Part shown: positions 9,801-18,976 of the stretch, piece after piece
Layout: each line of letters starts with the position of its first letter
Position numbering within the stretch: position 1 is the first letter of the stretch
From: Bacteroidota bacterium
GTDB lineage: Bacteria > Bacteroidota > Ignavibacteria > UBA10030
Reading direction: 5' to 3'
Length of the DNA: 37,704 bases
Assembly (NCBI GenBank): GCA_041480785.1
Contig: JBGPAN010000001.1
Span: 1 to 37,704, forward strand
Position numbers and translations under genes: made by a program
The notes under the pieces: generated by a model
The model's input: the letters and a program-made list of their open reading frames with translations, nothing else
What the model was told of the DNA's origin: nothing
Database searches by the model: none

Positions 9801-9893
9801 TACATGAGCATTCTGCAGGATTTCTATAGTGGGCGGGCTGTCCAGGGCGTGTTGCTGTACATCGATCGAAAACTCGTTCGCATCATCTCGTGA
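6801..9893 (+). CDS. addA: AddA-type UvrD/Rep superfamily-1 helicase with a C-terminal PD-(D/E)XK nuclease
   Basis: Walker A SASAGSGKTTSL. Helicase motifs LIDEFQDTSPIQW, VGDTKQSIYGFRGA, TNFRS, VMTVHKAKGLESKVVIV and LYVAFTRAEEEMFVI. Nuclease motifs GEFFHAVLQ, RMDRVVVD...VIDYKTG and QMTKYMSIL. Confidence 0.8.
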   Translation: MSTILENDQDFALDLPKYTVVSASAGSGKTTSLKQRFVQLLLSKSIPWNGLKNILAITFTNNAAREMKKRVLDALKLISLGEPETLKEFEQFLSLRPAELTLQATWMVDEILDNYSDFQIQTIDSFLSRVFKASAPELGLSPDLEIVLDSGAILDDAFALFARELSPGTTSTQLVNDLVPLLLESRAADDRFLWNPYSDLSAKVKDLYRRVLLTSKQLRREDYSVEIRERSDRIIQQVQALNDLVSKPGLTRSKRFEEYVKSARGREITKLLDRQFPPPVTKTGSTPGIYQRTLEDSEPLCEEIEQLRLQLIVLKARQHYQPYAEALTLFSGSIDAVKREQGRVDIGDVVKKLADYLRPGRVPEIYYGLSENLRHFLIDEFQDTSPIQWENLEPLIRDALSKEASLFLVGDTKQSIYGFRGADWRIMKHLQEANVFPSAKKDLRVLKTNFRSFERILDFGNEVFKNIVPTKVIKGAESSSGLSTDDALPKPEFRNRGYVELTVIPPDAEPDNSGQPPQKQRLIHIVTDCLARGYRKSDITILSPRNKDIIEVSGWLNEQNLPFISHSSLDVRTRRITGELLSLLQFLESPIDDLSFATFLLGGIVRHILKQGSTRVGREELLDFLFSHRLDHRYGHPLYIGFREAFPNLWQQHFEETFNVVGYLPVYDLLSEIYKTLNLFALFPDEEATLVKILEVVKDFEDKGENSLKGFLQYAEDSSDDADWNIDIPTDIDAIKVMTVHKAKGLESKVVIVLLYDSRRRSESLYFQEDGDELRLVRLTKKAAGEVPDIAELYEKKEIGEAVDELNKLYVAFTRAEEEMFVISVRSDYAKSPSELLPEHGYGAKQKPAVERRTPRSETPVELYHAPPHAPARPLEYTGIALRETRRGEFFHAVLQSIDYLDDEIDQQLDEAIQLARVVAPFDVSAFESRDVFLTALRIPAIEQYFVRKEGRVVLNEQEFTAPDGSLVRMDRVVVDVDLVTVIDYKTGDEKPGYNEQMTKYMSILQDFYSGRAVQGVLLYIDRKLVRIIS

Positions 9894-12727
9894 GCCGGCA
9901 GATCATCATATCGCCATCACAGAACCTCGTCCACGAGGTCGTCAAACAACTGCCGACTGATTCCAGGGATTTCAGTCGCATTGTCATTGTTTTTCCTGGA
10001 AAGCGCCCGGCGCATTTTGTTCGTAAGGCGCTTGCAGAACGAATCAACGGAACCTCTATCCCGCCCCGCATGTTTTCGATCGACTCATTCATCGATCATC
10101 TCGTCACCGAGAAGCTTCACATCCACCGAAAAACGCTCGCAAACCTCGACGCCGTTGCTCTGTTGTTCGACATCCACACTCACGCGGAGCATCGCCTCGG
10201 TGGAGAGCATTTCGATTGCATCGACCGCTTTGTCGGGGTAAGCCTGAAACTTTATGCAGAGCTCGAAGAACTCGTGATGGCTGACGTTCATGAGCGAAGA
10301 ATTCGCGATGGCCTTGCGGATGTACCCCTGAGTAGATTTCATGCCCTGCCGGATTACTTCGCACAATTCTATGCCCTCGTTGAAGAAAAGAAATTCACCA
10401 CCCGCGCCCTGAACTACAGAAGAATCGCTGACAACATCAACTCCATGGACTTCGGCGGTGAGCAGAATGTTATTGTTGCTGGCTTCTATGCTTACACTGT
10501 TCTTGAGCAGCGCATTTTCACATCGTTACTGCGGCGGGATAACACAACCATTATTGCTCAACAAGGTCCTGGACTTGGCCGACGGCTGGAGACGATTGGC
10601 GTCGATATCGGTACGGAAGAAACTTCCCTGCCTGAGCACGCCCCCGTTTGTCACTTCTATCAGTCATCCGACACACACGGACAAGTTTTTGCTGTAAGTC
10701 AAAAGATCAAAACGATGCTGGACGCTGGCAAGCCAGTCAATGAGAAAACGGTTATTGTTCTGCCAACGTCTGACGCACTGTTCCCGGTTGTTCATCAGAC
10801 ACTTCCGCTCCTTCTCCCGGATCAATACAACATCTCGCTCGGATACCCGTTGCAGCGAACACCACTGTACGGTTTCTTCGGCACCCTTATGGACCTCAGC
10901 GCCGGAACGAAGAATGGCAAGGTGCCAATATCGAGATACACAAAGTTCGTCCTCCATCCTTACACAAAAAACATTCTCTTTGGACAGAGATCTGATATCT
11001 CAAGGGTTCTCTTCCACTCTCTCGAGACCCATCTCGCTGAGGGGCAGTCAAAGATGTTTGTCTCCCTGGAAGAGTTGGAGGGAAAGAATGATGTGTTTGA
11101 GGGTATTTCTCGGGCTCTCGCGGCAAGCGGGACAGAAGTATCGGTGATTGAGTTGAAGGGTCACCTTCGGGCCATCCACGATCAGACGATCCGGAAGGTT
11201 CTCCGGTTCGGGTCCATTGGGGATTTTGCTGACAAGATGATTGAAATCCTGCACTACATACACAAGCAAAGCACGGCAACCCGGCACCCATTGTTCCGTC
11301 CTTATGCTGAGACCTTTGTCGGGCTTTTGGATGCCCTCGGCGATTCGTTGCTCGCCGTCCATCAATTGGCAGATGTAGCCGCCTATTGTACGTTTTTCCG
11401 GAATGCTATTGCCGCAGAGGAGGTGCCCTTCCCCGGAACACCCCTCAAAGGCCTACAGGTCATCGGCTTTCTTGAAACGCGCAACCTTTCGTTCGATACC
11501 GTTTTCCTTCTGAACGCGACAGATGACGTGATACCGGGTGCCCGGGGACACGACGTGCTCCTTCCACAGCGCCTCAGGGAGACTCTAGGTCTGGAAACAT
11601 ATCACGACCGCGAACGGCTCGCTGAGTACTATTTCAACACACTACTCGCCGGAGCGCGGGAAGTTCATTGTTTCTTCACCGAGTCGGGGAAACACGAGAA
11701 GAGCCGTTTCCTCGAGAAGCTTCTGTGGGAAGAGCAGAAGAGCCACCACGACCTTGACCTTGGCAAGGTGGTTCAAGTGGTACGATATGACGTTCAACTG
11801 GCGACTTCAAAGCCGGATCCCGCAGAGAAGACTCCGAAGGTCATAGATTACCTTCGGAAATTCCAATACACCGCAACGGCGCTCGATGCCTACCTCACGT
11901 GCCCGCTCAAGTTCTATTATGCGCACGTTCTGCATCTTTCGGAAAAAGAAGACGTTACAGAAGACATGGGCGAGCGCGAGGTCGGGAGCGTGGTTCACAG
12001 GATCCTGAAATCCTATTTCGACGGTGCTGTTGGACGGGCACTGAGTCCAGCCGATCTCGATTCAAACCGACTCCGTTCAGTCGTCGACCGACTCTTCAGT
12101 GAGGAATACGGCTCCGACCTTATCGGACCGGCCTTTCTCGTAAAACAACAGGTAGTGCATCAACTTGAAGCGTTCTTGCGGAGTTACCAGATTCCGATGG
12201 CAGAGGCAGGCCCGATCACCATTGTTGGGTTAGAGCAAGACATCGGTGTAACGTGTGATGGATATCGGTTTGCCGGTCGCATTGACCGGATTGAGAAACG
12301 CGGCGATAAACACGTCATTCTTGACTACAAAACCGGCAGCGACGATCGACGCGTAAGAATCAACCTGAGCAAACTTGTTATCGAGGATCCTGTTACATGG
12401 CGTGCTGCTATCGGTTCATTTCAACTCGTGATGTACATGCTTCTCTATTCAAAGGCCAGGCAGATATCCCTCGACTCAATAATGCCATCGTACCTTTTTA
12501 TTGGCCGGAATGATATTTCGCGCGAGATAGAAATTGATGTCGGCGGCAGGAAGAACACAGCGGAAGAGGTTTATCGTCAGGTGCAGCCGGTCATGCCGCA
12601 CGTCATCGGGGAGATACTCGATGCCAAGAGGGCGTTCGAGCCAACCGACCAGTTGAACAAGACTTGCCCCCGCTGTCCGTATAGCGCTATATGCGGCACG
12701 TCGTGGGTCGCAGGACAACGCCCGTAG
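9890..12727 (+). CDS. addB: AddB-type PD-(D/E)XK nuclease subunit with an Fe-S cysteine cluster
   Basis: The GTG start overlaps the addA stop (GTGA). Degenerate P-loop (FPGKRPAHF). C-terminal GRIDRIEKRGDKHVILDYKTGS nuclease motif. Cys in LDAYLTCPLKFYY plus CPRCPYSAIC gives the four Cys of the AddB iron-sulfur staple. Confidence 0.75.
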   Translation: MSRQIIISPSQNLVHEVVKQLPTDSRDFSRIVIVFPGKRPAHFVRKALAERINGTSIPPRMFSIDSFIDHLVTEKLHIHRKTLANLDAVALLFDIHTHAEHRLGGEHFDCIDRFVGVSLKLYAELEELVMADVHERRIRDGLADVPLSRFHALPDYFAQFYALVEEKKFTTRALNYRRIADNINSMDFGGEQNVIVAGFYAYTVLEQRIFTSLLRRDNTTIIAQQGPGLGRRLETIGVDIGTEETSLPEHAPVCHFYQSSDTHGQVFAVSQKIKTMLDAGKPVNEKTVIVLPTSDALFPVVHQTLPLLLPDQYNISLGYPLQRTPLYGFFGTLMDLSAGTKNGKVPISRYTKFVLHPYTKNILFGQRSDISRVLFHSLETHLAEGQSKMFVSLEELEGKNDVFEGISRALAASGTEVSVIELKGHLRAIHDQTIRKVLRFGSIGDFADKMIEILHYIHKQSTATRHPLFRPYAETFVGLLDALGDSLLAVHQLADVAAYCTFFRNAIAAEEVPFPGTPLKGLQVIGFLETRNLSFDTVFLLNATDDVIPGARGHDVLLPQRLRETLGLETYHDRERLAEYYFNTLLAGAREVHCFFTESGKHEKSRFLEKLLWEEQKSHHDLDLGKVVQVVRYDVQLATSKPDPAEKTPKVIDYLRKFQYTATALDAYLTCPLKFYYAHVLHLSEKEDVTEDMGEREVGSVVHRILKSYFDGAVGRALSPADLDSNRLRSVVDRLFSEEYGSDLIGPAFLVKQQVVHQLEAFLRSYQIPMAEAGPITIVGLEQDIGVTCDGYRFAGRIDRIEKRGDKHVILDYKTGSDDRRVRINLSKLVIEDPVTWRAAIGSFQLVMYMLLYSKARQISLDSIMPSYLFIGRNDISREIEIDVGGRKNTAEEVYRQVQPVMPHVIGEILDAKRAFEPTDQLNKTCPRCPYSAICGTSWVAGQRP

Positions 12728-12874
12728 CGGTACTGTATTTCAACCGATCGCCTTCATCACGGTCCATTTCGAAGGAGTATGGCCATTCCCTTCTTCCTTA
12801 CGTTCACCCGAACACTCGGCAGGATTTTCCTGTTCACCGTCACTTCTACCGACCATTTGCTCACGCGAGCATAT

Positions 12875-15562
12875 ATGAGCACTTTATCAAGACTCGCCCT
12901 CACAGGAATTTCTTCTCTGTTGTTGACCACAGGCATTGCTCTCAGCCAAGATCGGCCAGACATCGCCACAGCGCGGTTCCCATTTCAGAATCCCACTCTT
13001 CCCCTCGAACAACGCATAAGCGATCTTGTTTCGCGTATGACACTTGACGAAAAGGTCGGCCAAATGCTCTTCAACGCGCCCGCTATCAATCGGTTGGCGA
13101 TTCCCGAGTATAACTGGTGGGGTGAAGCGCTTCACGGAGTTGCGCGGGCTGGAAAAGCAACGGTGTTTCCTCAGTCGATCGGGCTCGCAGCAACGTGGGA
13201 TGCTGCGTTGATGTTCCGCGTTGCGACAGTCATCTCGGACGAGGCGCGCGCCAAGCATCACGACGCTCTGCGCAATGGCCGGCGCGGAATCTACGAAGGG
13301 TTGACCTTCTGGTCGCCGAACATCAACATTTTTCGCGACCCGCGGTGGGGGCGGGGAATGGAAACGTTCGGCGAAGATCCGTATTTAGCAGCACAGATGG
13401 GGGTTCAGTTCGTCAAAGGAATGCAGGGAGACGATCCCAAATATCTCAAGACCGTTTCAACACCGAAGCATTTTGCTGTGCACAGTGGTCCTGAGCCCGA
13501 TCGTCACGTCTTCGATGCTGTTGTCGACGAGCGCGATCTGCGAGAGACGTATCTTCCCGCGTTTCGCGCAACTGTCCTCGAAGGAAACACTCAATCTGTG
13601 ATGTGTGCCTACAACCGGTTCCGCGGCGAACCATGCTGCGGAAGCAGTGAACTCCTTCAGAAAATTCTGAGAGATGAATGGGGGTTCAACGGTTATGTTG
13701 TATCGGACTGCTGGGCGATTATGGATTTTTACACCACGCATAAGATCGATCAAACGGCACCGCAGGCAGCCGCCCGGGCCCTCATCGCGGGCACCGACCT
13801 GAATTGCGGCGTAACGTACGATAGCCTGGGTGTTGCCGTTCGCCAGCACCTTGTCCGCGAGTCGCTTGTTGATACGGCGGTCAAGCGCCTGTTCCGCGCG
13901 CGGTTCAAACTCGGCATGTTTGATCCGCCCGAGATGGTCCCCTATGCGAACATCCCTCTCGATGTCAATGATTCCAAAGAACACCGTGCGCTTGCGTTGG
14001 AGGCCGCCCGCAAGTCCATCGTCTTGCTGAAAAACGACGGCGCTCTATTGCCGTTGAAAAAAGAGATGCGCACGATCGCCATCATTGGCCCCAATGTTGA
14101 CGATGTTGACGTCCTCCTTGGCAACTACAATGGAATGCCAGCTAACCCGATCACACCGCTCGAGGGCATCAGAGAAAAGGCCCCGAAGGGTACAAGTTTG
14201 ATGTATGTGAGGGGGTGTGACGTTGCCGAGAACATGCCTTCACTGACAGTTGTTCCTCCTGATGTCCTCTCGCCGGACGGCGCAGGGGTTGCGAGGGGTA
14301 GTCTGAAAGCGGAGTACTACAATAACCAGCATTTCACAGGCACTCCCTTTCGCACACAAACTGACGAAGACATTGATTTCAATTGGTGGCAGAGCGCGCC
14401 TCTTCCTGGAATGAAAGCCGACAGCTTCAGTGTGCGGTGGACAGGTTCGATCGTTCCTACGGTGAGCGGCCGATACGCGATTGGTGTAAGGGCACTCGGC
14501 AGCGTTCATCTGAAAATTGACGACTCCTTGATCATCGACGCATTAAACCGCCATTCTGTCTCCACGGCATGGAAGTGGGTGGATCTCAAAGCCGGCATTC
14601 CGGGGTATGTGATATTGGAATTTGTGGATCGAAGAGCTGATGCGAGCGTCCAGTTGGTGTGGTCCAAACCTGTACCGACAATAAAGGAGCAAGCTCTTGT
14701 GGCCGCGAGAGCATCAGATGTAGTTGTCATGGTGATGGGATTGTCGCCGCGACTCGAAGGCGAGGAGATGCCCGTGAATGTCCCGGGCTTCAAAGGAGGA
14801 GATCGTGTTGACATTGGCCTTCCCAAACCTCAGGAAGAACTCCTCGAGGCCATCGCGGCAACCGGAAAACCGGTCGTCCTTGTGTTGTTAAACGGCAGCG
14901 CTGTCGCTGTCAATTGGGCCGCGGAACACATCCCCGCCATCATGACGGCGTGGTATCCGGGACAGGCCGCCGGTACTGCAATTGCCGACATCCTTTTCGG
15001 AAACTACAGTCCGGCCGGACGGCTGCCGGTAACATTCTACAAGTCAACAAATGAGCTTCCCCCCTTCACCAACTATGCTATGGATGGTCGAACGTATCGC
15101 TACTTTCGAGGGGAACCCCTCTTCCCGTTTGGACATGGATTGAGTTACACGAAATTCGAATACAGTAATCTCAAGCTTCCGACAAAGGTGAATGTGGGTG
15201 CTGATGCACGGATTTCTGTTACCGTAAAGAACACCGGCAGTATGAATGGTGAAGAGGTTGTTCAATTGTATGTCACCGATATGAATGCTTCCGCTCCGGT
15301 TGCAATCCGATCGCTGCAAGGATTTCAGCGCGTTTTCCTCAAAGCCGGAGAAGAAACATCAGTGAGCTTTTCTTTGGCTCCGCGCCAACTTTCATTCATC
15401 GACACCACCGCGAAGCGTGTTGTGGAACCGGGGGTCTTCGAGGTGAGCATTGGTGGAAAACAACCGGGGTTCAAAGGAATTGCCGACGCGACAACGACAG
15501 AAGTTTTGATCGGGCGCTTCGAAGTCGTCGGCTCAACACTCTTTCTCGACGAAAAACACTGA
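12875..15562 (+). CDS. Glycoside hydrolase family 3 (beta-glucosidase/beta-xylosidase type) with a PA14 insertion
   Basis: GH3 blocks WGEALHGV, FWSPNINIFRDPRWGRGMETFGEDPYL, KHFAVHSGPE and GYVVSDCWAI. The PA14-like insert is GSLKAEYYNNQHFTG...DFNWW...FSVRWTG. There is also a C-terminal Fn3-like domain. The start is set at ATG 12875, giving signal peptide MSTLSRLALTGISSLLLTTGIALSQ. The track start at 12779 has its AAGGAG only 1 nt from the ATG. Confidence 0.85.
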   Translation: MSTLSRLALTGISSLLLTTGIALSQDRPDIATARFPFQNPTLPLEQRISDLVSRMTLDEKVGQMLFNAPAINRLAIPEYNWWGEALHGVARAGKATVFPQSIGLAATWDAALMFRVATVISDEARAKHHDALRNGRRGIYEGLTFWSPNINIFRDPRWGRGMETFGEDPYLAAQMGVQFVKGMQGDDPKYLKTVSTPKHFAVHSGPEPDRHVFDAVVDERDLRETYLPAFRATVLEGNTQSVMCAYNRFRGEPCCGSSELLQKILRDEWGFNGYVVSDCWAIMDFYTTHKIDQTAPQAAARALIAGTDLNCGVTYDSLGVAVRQHLVRESLVDTAVKRLFRARFKLGMFDPPEMVPYANIPLDVNDSKEHRALALEAARKSIVLLKNDGALLPLKKEMRTIAIIGPNVDDVDVLLGNYNGMPANPITPLEGIREKAPKGTSLMYVRGCDVAENMPSLTVVPPDVLSPDGAGVARGSLKAEYYNNQHFTGTPFRTQTDEDIDFNWWQSAPLPGMKADSFSVRWTGSIVPTVSGRYAIGVRALGSVHLKIDDSLIIDALNRHSVSTAWKWVDLKAGIPGYVILEFVDRRADASVQLVWSKPVPTIKEQALVAARASDVVVMVMGLSPRLEGEEMPVNVPGFKGGDRVDIGLPKPQEELLEAIAATGKPVVLVLLNGSAVAVNWAAEHIPAIMTAWYPGQAAGTAIADILFGNYSPAGRLPVTFYKSTNELPPFTNYAMDGRTYRYFRGEPLFPFGHGLSYTKFEYSNLKLPTKVNVGADARISVTVKNTGSMNGEEVVQLYVTDMNASAPVAIRSLQGFQRVFLKAGEETSVSFSLAPRQLSFIDTTAKRVVEPGVFEVSIGGKQPGFKGIADATTTEVLIGRFEVVGSTLFLDEKH

Positions 15563-15589
15563 TCACGCCAAACAATCAGAAGGAACACC

Positions 15590-15895
15590 ATGCCCAGAAT
15601 CGTTGCAGCTCTCTCTACGATCATCGACCTACCGTGGAAGGACATCCTGTCGGCCCTTCTCACGTTCCTGTACTCCATTGCACACTATGTCGGAATGTTG
15701 GTGGTATACCTCCTCGGACGCATCTTGCCTGCGACCAAGGTGCCATCAGACCTAGTTGATCCGCTTGGCTACCTTGCCCTTCTCACTGCATTTTTGATAC
15801 TCGTCCAGGTTGCGAAGAAGGTTGCGTGGATCATCGTACTGGCAGGATGGATTTTGATTTTCGTGAGGATCATTCTCGCACTTTTGGGATACTAA
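15590..15895 (+). CDS. Small hypothetical membrane protein (3 predicted TM helices)
   Basis: 101 aa, strongly hydrophobic segments, AGAAGGAA 6 nt upstream of the ATG. No family recognised. Confidence 0.5.
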   Translation: MPRIVAALSTIIDLPWKDILSALLTFLYSIAHYVGMLVVYLLGRILPATKVPSDLVDPLGYLALLTAFLILVQVAKKVAWIIVLAGWILIFVRIILALLGY

Positions 15896-16036
15896 CGACA
15901 GGTGCGGTATAAAGAAACAATCTCGGTGTTCGAGTTCTGTTTTATCAAAGTTATGTGCAATCGTGCCCACGCTGTTTTCTTACGCTACTTCTCGCTATCT
16001 TCTGTCAACCAACAATATTCGACTGATCCCTGACCA

Positions 16037-17062
16037 ATGCCTGACTATAGACGAACCTTCGAAGAACTAGAACAAGTCGCGTCCAAGTTCTGGCCGGAAG
16101 AGCTTTCCGAAATGGAGGCCCGAATAAGCGTCGTGCCACTCCTTCTTCAAACGCAGGACCAGTTTATTAGCATCCTCAATATTCAGACCCCTGGAATCGA
16201 TGGCTTGTTTGAGATAGTTGAGTCTTCAGCCCTTCCCGGCAATCTATTCTTGAAGCATCTCGTAATTCTCTCTGATTTTGGCGGTGAGATGCTAAAAAGG
16301 GTCAGCAACGAGGCCGGCTCCCTCTTTCCAGACGACAAATTGAACTACCTCTGGCAAGGGGACCCTCGCTCCTATCAATTCAAGTCTTTCCCAGATAAGA
16401 AATTCAGCAACACCAACCTGAACATCGACGGAAAAGAACTGTTCAACAAACACCCGTTAGACCACCTCCAAATGGACGCAATCGCTTTGCTTCTCTTTGG
16501 AAATGCACATGCGAATAGCTCCACTTTGTCACGATGCCAGATTGGCGACTATCTGGGGAGGCCGACGAATCTAAGCACTTTCATAAAGCAAAGGTACATT
16601 TGGGTTAGTCGAGTCACCGGAGGCGCAAAATCAAACAGCCTCGGGCAACTGGCGCAGGATTTCGTGGAGGAATACATCAACGACCACCTCGAATTGCCGA
16701 TGACCTCCATTGTAAGAGGAGGGCGGTTGCCAAACGTTACCCACACCGACACCGACACGGGTCGCGCAACCTCCTTTGACATTGTTGTCTCTCGTCACGA
16801 CAAGCATGTTGCGGTCGAGGTCAGTTTTCAAGTCACCACGAACAGTGTCATCGAAAGAAAATCCGGCCAAGCTCGCGGTCGATTTCAGCAAGTTGAAGCG
16901 GCTGGACACAAGATTGCCTATGTTCTCGATGGGGCCGGCAACTTTGAGCGCGAGACTGCGCTTCGCACAATCTGCGCCCACAGCCATTGTACTGTTGCAT
17001 TCTCACGCGCCGAATTAGACCGACTTTGCCAGTTCATCACCGAGTTCTTGCAAGAGGAATAA
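16037..17062 (+). CDS. Putative type II restriction endonuclease (PD-(D/E)XK-like; layout reminiscent of DpnII/MboI-type enzymes)
   Basis: 341 aa, and its stop overlaps the start of a DNA methyltransferase gene. The C-terminal half reads GGAKSNSLGQLAQDFVEEYI ... FDIVVSRHDKHVAVEVSFQVTTNSVIERK ... YVLDGAG. This parallels the GRKNRTG..ME..V..Y / FDFV...IEVNFY..GSK / ITDG blocks I remember from DpnII. The specificity (GATC?) is only a guess. Confidence 0.5.
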   Translation: MPDYRRTFEELEQVASKFWPEELSEMEARISVVPLLLQTQDQFISILNIQTPGIDGLFEIVESSALPGNLFLKHLVILSDFGGEMLKRVSNEAGSLFPDDKLNYLWQGDPRSYQFKSFPDKKFSNTNLNIDGKELFNKHPLDHLQMDAIALLLFGNAHANSSTLSRCQIGDYLGRPTNLSTFIKQRYIWVSRVTGGAKSNSLGQLAQDFVEEYINDHLELPMTSIVRGGRLPNVTHTDTDTGRATSFDIVVSRHDKHVAVEVSFQVTTNSVIERKSGQARGRFQQVEAAGHKIAYVLDGAGNFERETALRTICAHSHCTVAFSRAELDRLCQFITEFLQEE

Positions 17063-18864
17063 TGGCTCACTTTTCCCACAACGCTAGTCCCCTCAAGGTC
17101 TCTCACTTCGTCGCAGTTAGCGTGTCAGATGTCGTAGAAGCCACTCGCGCATTCAGCGATGTGTGCCTTCTCGTACTTCCTCAAGCTGAGTCGCTGCACG
17201 ATTGCAGTCGCCCATTTGCAGATACAAACGCCTTCATTCGCGCTGCCACCGAGAACCTTCAAACTAATGCAGTCCTTGCAATCCTTGGTGATATCGGAGA
17301 CCTTATTGAGTCGCTTGCTGCAAAAGGAGATACGTTCAGGTACCAACATTGGATTGCCATCAAAAGGCTGAACCCGATCACCAACAACCACTTTTCACTC
17401 CCTCATCATCACATCGGTCTGCTTATTCTTACCAATTACAAGAACTCACTTCGTCACACAAAGACAAGGATCCAGTATTCTTATTGCCCTGCCTGCGACA
17501 AGACCTCGAAGGACTACGGCGGGAAGAAACACACGTATCACGAATATGGCACACTTCTCTCAGATGTGTGGCGCGACATCGAAATGCGATGCTACGACAC
17601 AACTCAAATTGTCGCGCGGCTGGCGGATCTATTCGGCCTTGATCCATATGCCGAATTGCGTGTCATCGACTTGACTCACGCTGCGCTTGGCCCTCGTCAA
17701 GTCGTCGAATCTCCGCACTATCAACCGTCTGATACCAAAGTCAACGTTTTGGACAGCAAGCTCGTTCTGGGCGATTGCCTTGATACACTGGAGACCTTGC
17801 CTTCCAGTTCAGTCGATTTTGCTTTCACTGATCCGCCTTATAACCTTCGCAAGGCTTATGCGGGCTATTCCGATGATCTAGCCGTTCTCGACTACTTCAA
17901 GTGGTGCGACGCCTGGATCACGCAGATCGCTCGGCTTCTCAAGCCCGGTCGCACATTCGCACTGCTTAACTTACCTCTTTGGGCTGTAAGACACTTTATG
18001 TTCTTGTGTACACGCCTTCAATTTCAGAATTGGGTGGTCTGGGATGCTCTTTCCTATCCCGTGAGACTCATCATGCCTGCGCACTACACCATACTATGTT
18101 TTTCCAAGGGTGCGCCTCGCCCATTACCTGGCCTCATCGGTCAATCAGGTGATACCAAAGTCGATGGCCAACCCAGAGCATTCGATGCGCTCAATCCAAT
18201 GGCGGAAGGGTTTTGTTTGCGGTCCACGTGCTTGGACTCCCGCCGAGCTTTGAAACTTAATGACCGAGCGCTGCTCACCGATCTCTGGTGGGATATCCAC
18301 CGACTCAAACACAACACTCGGAGAGTCGACCATCCCACTCAGTTGCCTCCACACCTCCTATATAGGCTGATTTCGTTATTCACATCTCCAGGCGAAACTG
18401 TCCTTGATTGCTTCAACGGTGCTGGCACAACCACGCTTGCTGCTCACCAACTCGGGCGCAAATACTACGGCATCGAAAAGTCTCAATCCTATCACGAGCT
18501 CGCCGTCCGTAGGCACAATGAATTACAGAATGGCATCGATCCTTTCAGAAAAGCAAACCGAGAGCTCACTGCGAAGAACAGCCCGGTTCCCAGGCTCACC
18601 AAGCAGAAGTACATCGTACCCAAGAAGGCATTGCAGCTAGAAGTCAAGCGCATCGCTCATCAGCTCTCTCGCTTACCAACACGAGAAGATGTCATCCAAT
18701 ATGGCAAGTATCCAATTGAACTCTACGATCGGTATTTCGTCAGCTGGGGCGAGGTCTGCGCAGCTGCACGCACAACAGGCATGACCGAAATTAGAGCACC
18801 GCAAACCGTCGCTCACTCCGAAGAGACGAAACAACTCGACCTAGGACTCCCATCAAGGCGCTAA
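17062..18864 (+). CDS. Beta-class N6-adenine/N4-cytosine DNA methyltransferase with N- and C-terminal extensions
   Basis: ATG 17062 overlaps the REase TAA (TAATG). DPPY (FTDPPYNL) is at 17830-17841. RVDHPTQLPPHLL and LDCFNGAGTT (~18400-18432) follow it, which is the beta-class motif order (IV before I). See findings for the extra domains. The track ORF from 16987 is an upstream extension overlapping the REase gene. Confidence 0.85.
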   Translation: MAHFSHNASPLKVSHFVAVSVSDVVEATRAFSDVCLLVLPQAESLHDCSRPFADTNAFIRAATENLQTNAVLAILGDIGDLIESLAAKGDTFRYQHWIAIKRLNPITNNHFSLPHHHIGLLILTNYKNSLRHTKTRIQYSYCPACDKTSKDYGGKKHTYHEYGTLLSDVWRDIEMRCYDTTQIVARLADLFGLDPYAELRVIDLTHAALGPRQVVESPHYQPSDTKVNVLDSKLVLGDCLDTLETLPSSSVDFAFTDPPYNLRKAYAGYSDDLAVLDYFKWCDAWITQIARLLKPGRTFALLNLPLWAVRHFMFLCTRLQFQNWVVWDALSYPVRLIMPAHYTILCFSKGAPRPLPGLIGQSGDTKVDGQPRAFDALNPMAEGFCLRSTCLDSRRALKLNDRALLTDLWWDIHRLKHNTRRVDHPTQLPPHLLYRLISLFTSPGETVLDCFNGAGTTTLAAHQLGRKYYGIEKSQSYHELAVRRHNELQNGIDPFRKANRELTAKNSPVPRLTKQKYIVPKKALQLEVKRIAHQLSRLPTREDVIQYGKYPIELYDRYFVSWGEVCAAARTTGMTEIRAPQTVAHSEETKQLDLGLPSRR

Positions 18865-18976
18865 GCTATTTAGGCGGGAGCAACTCCTATAACAAATGGC
18901 AAAACGGCCCTCGCTCTCTGCGTAGGCAAAACTGAAACTAAGTTTGGCTAAATTCAAAGAGCTCGCTCCATTGCGT

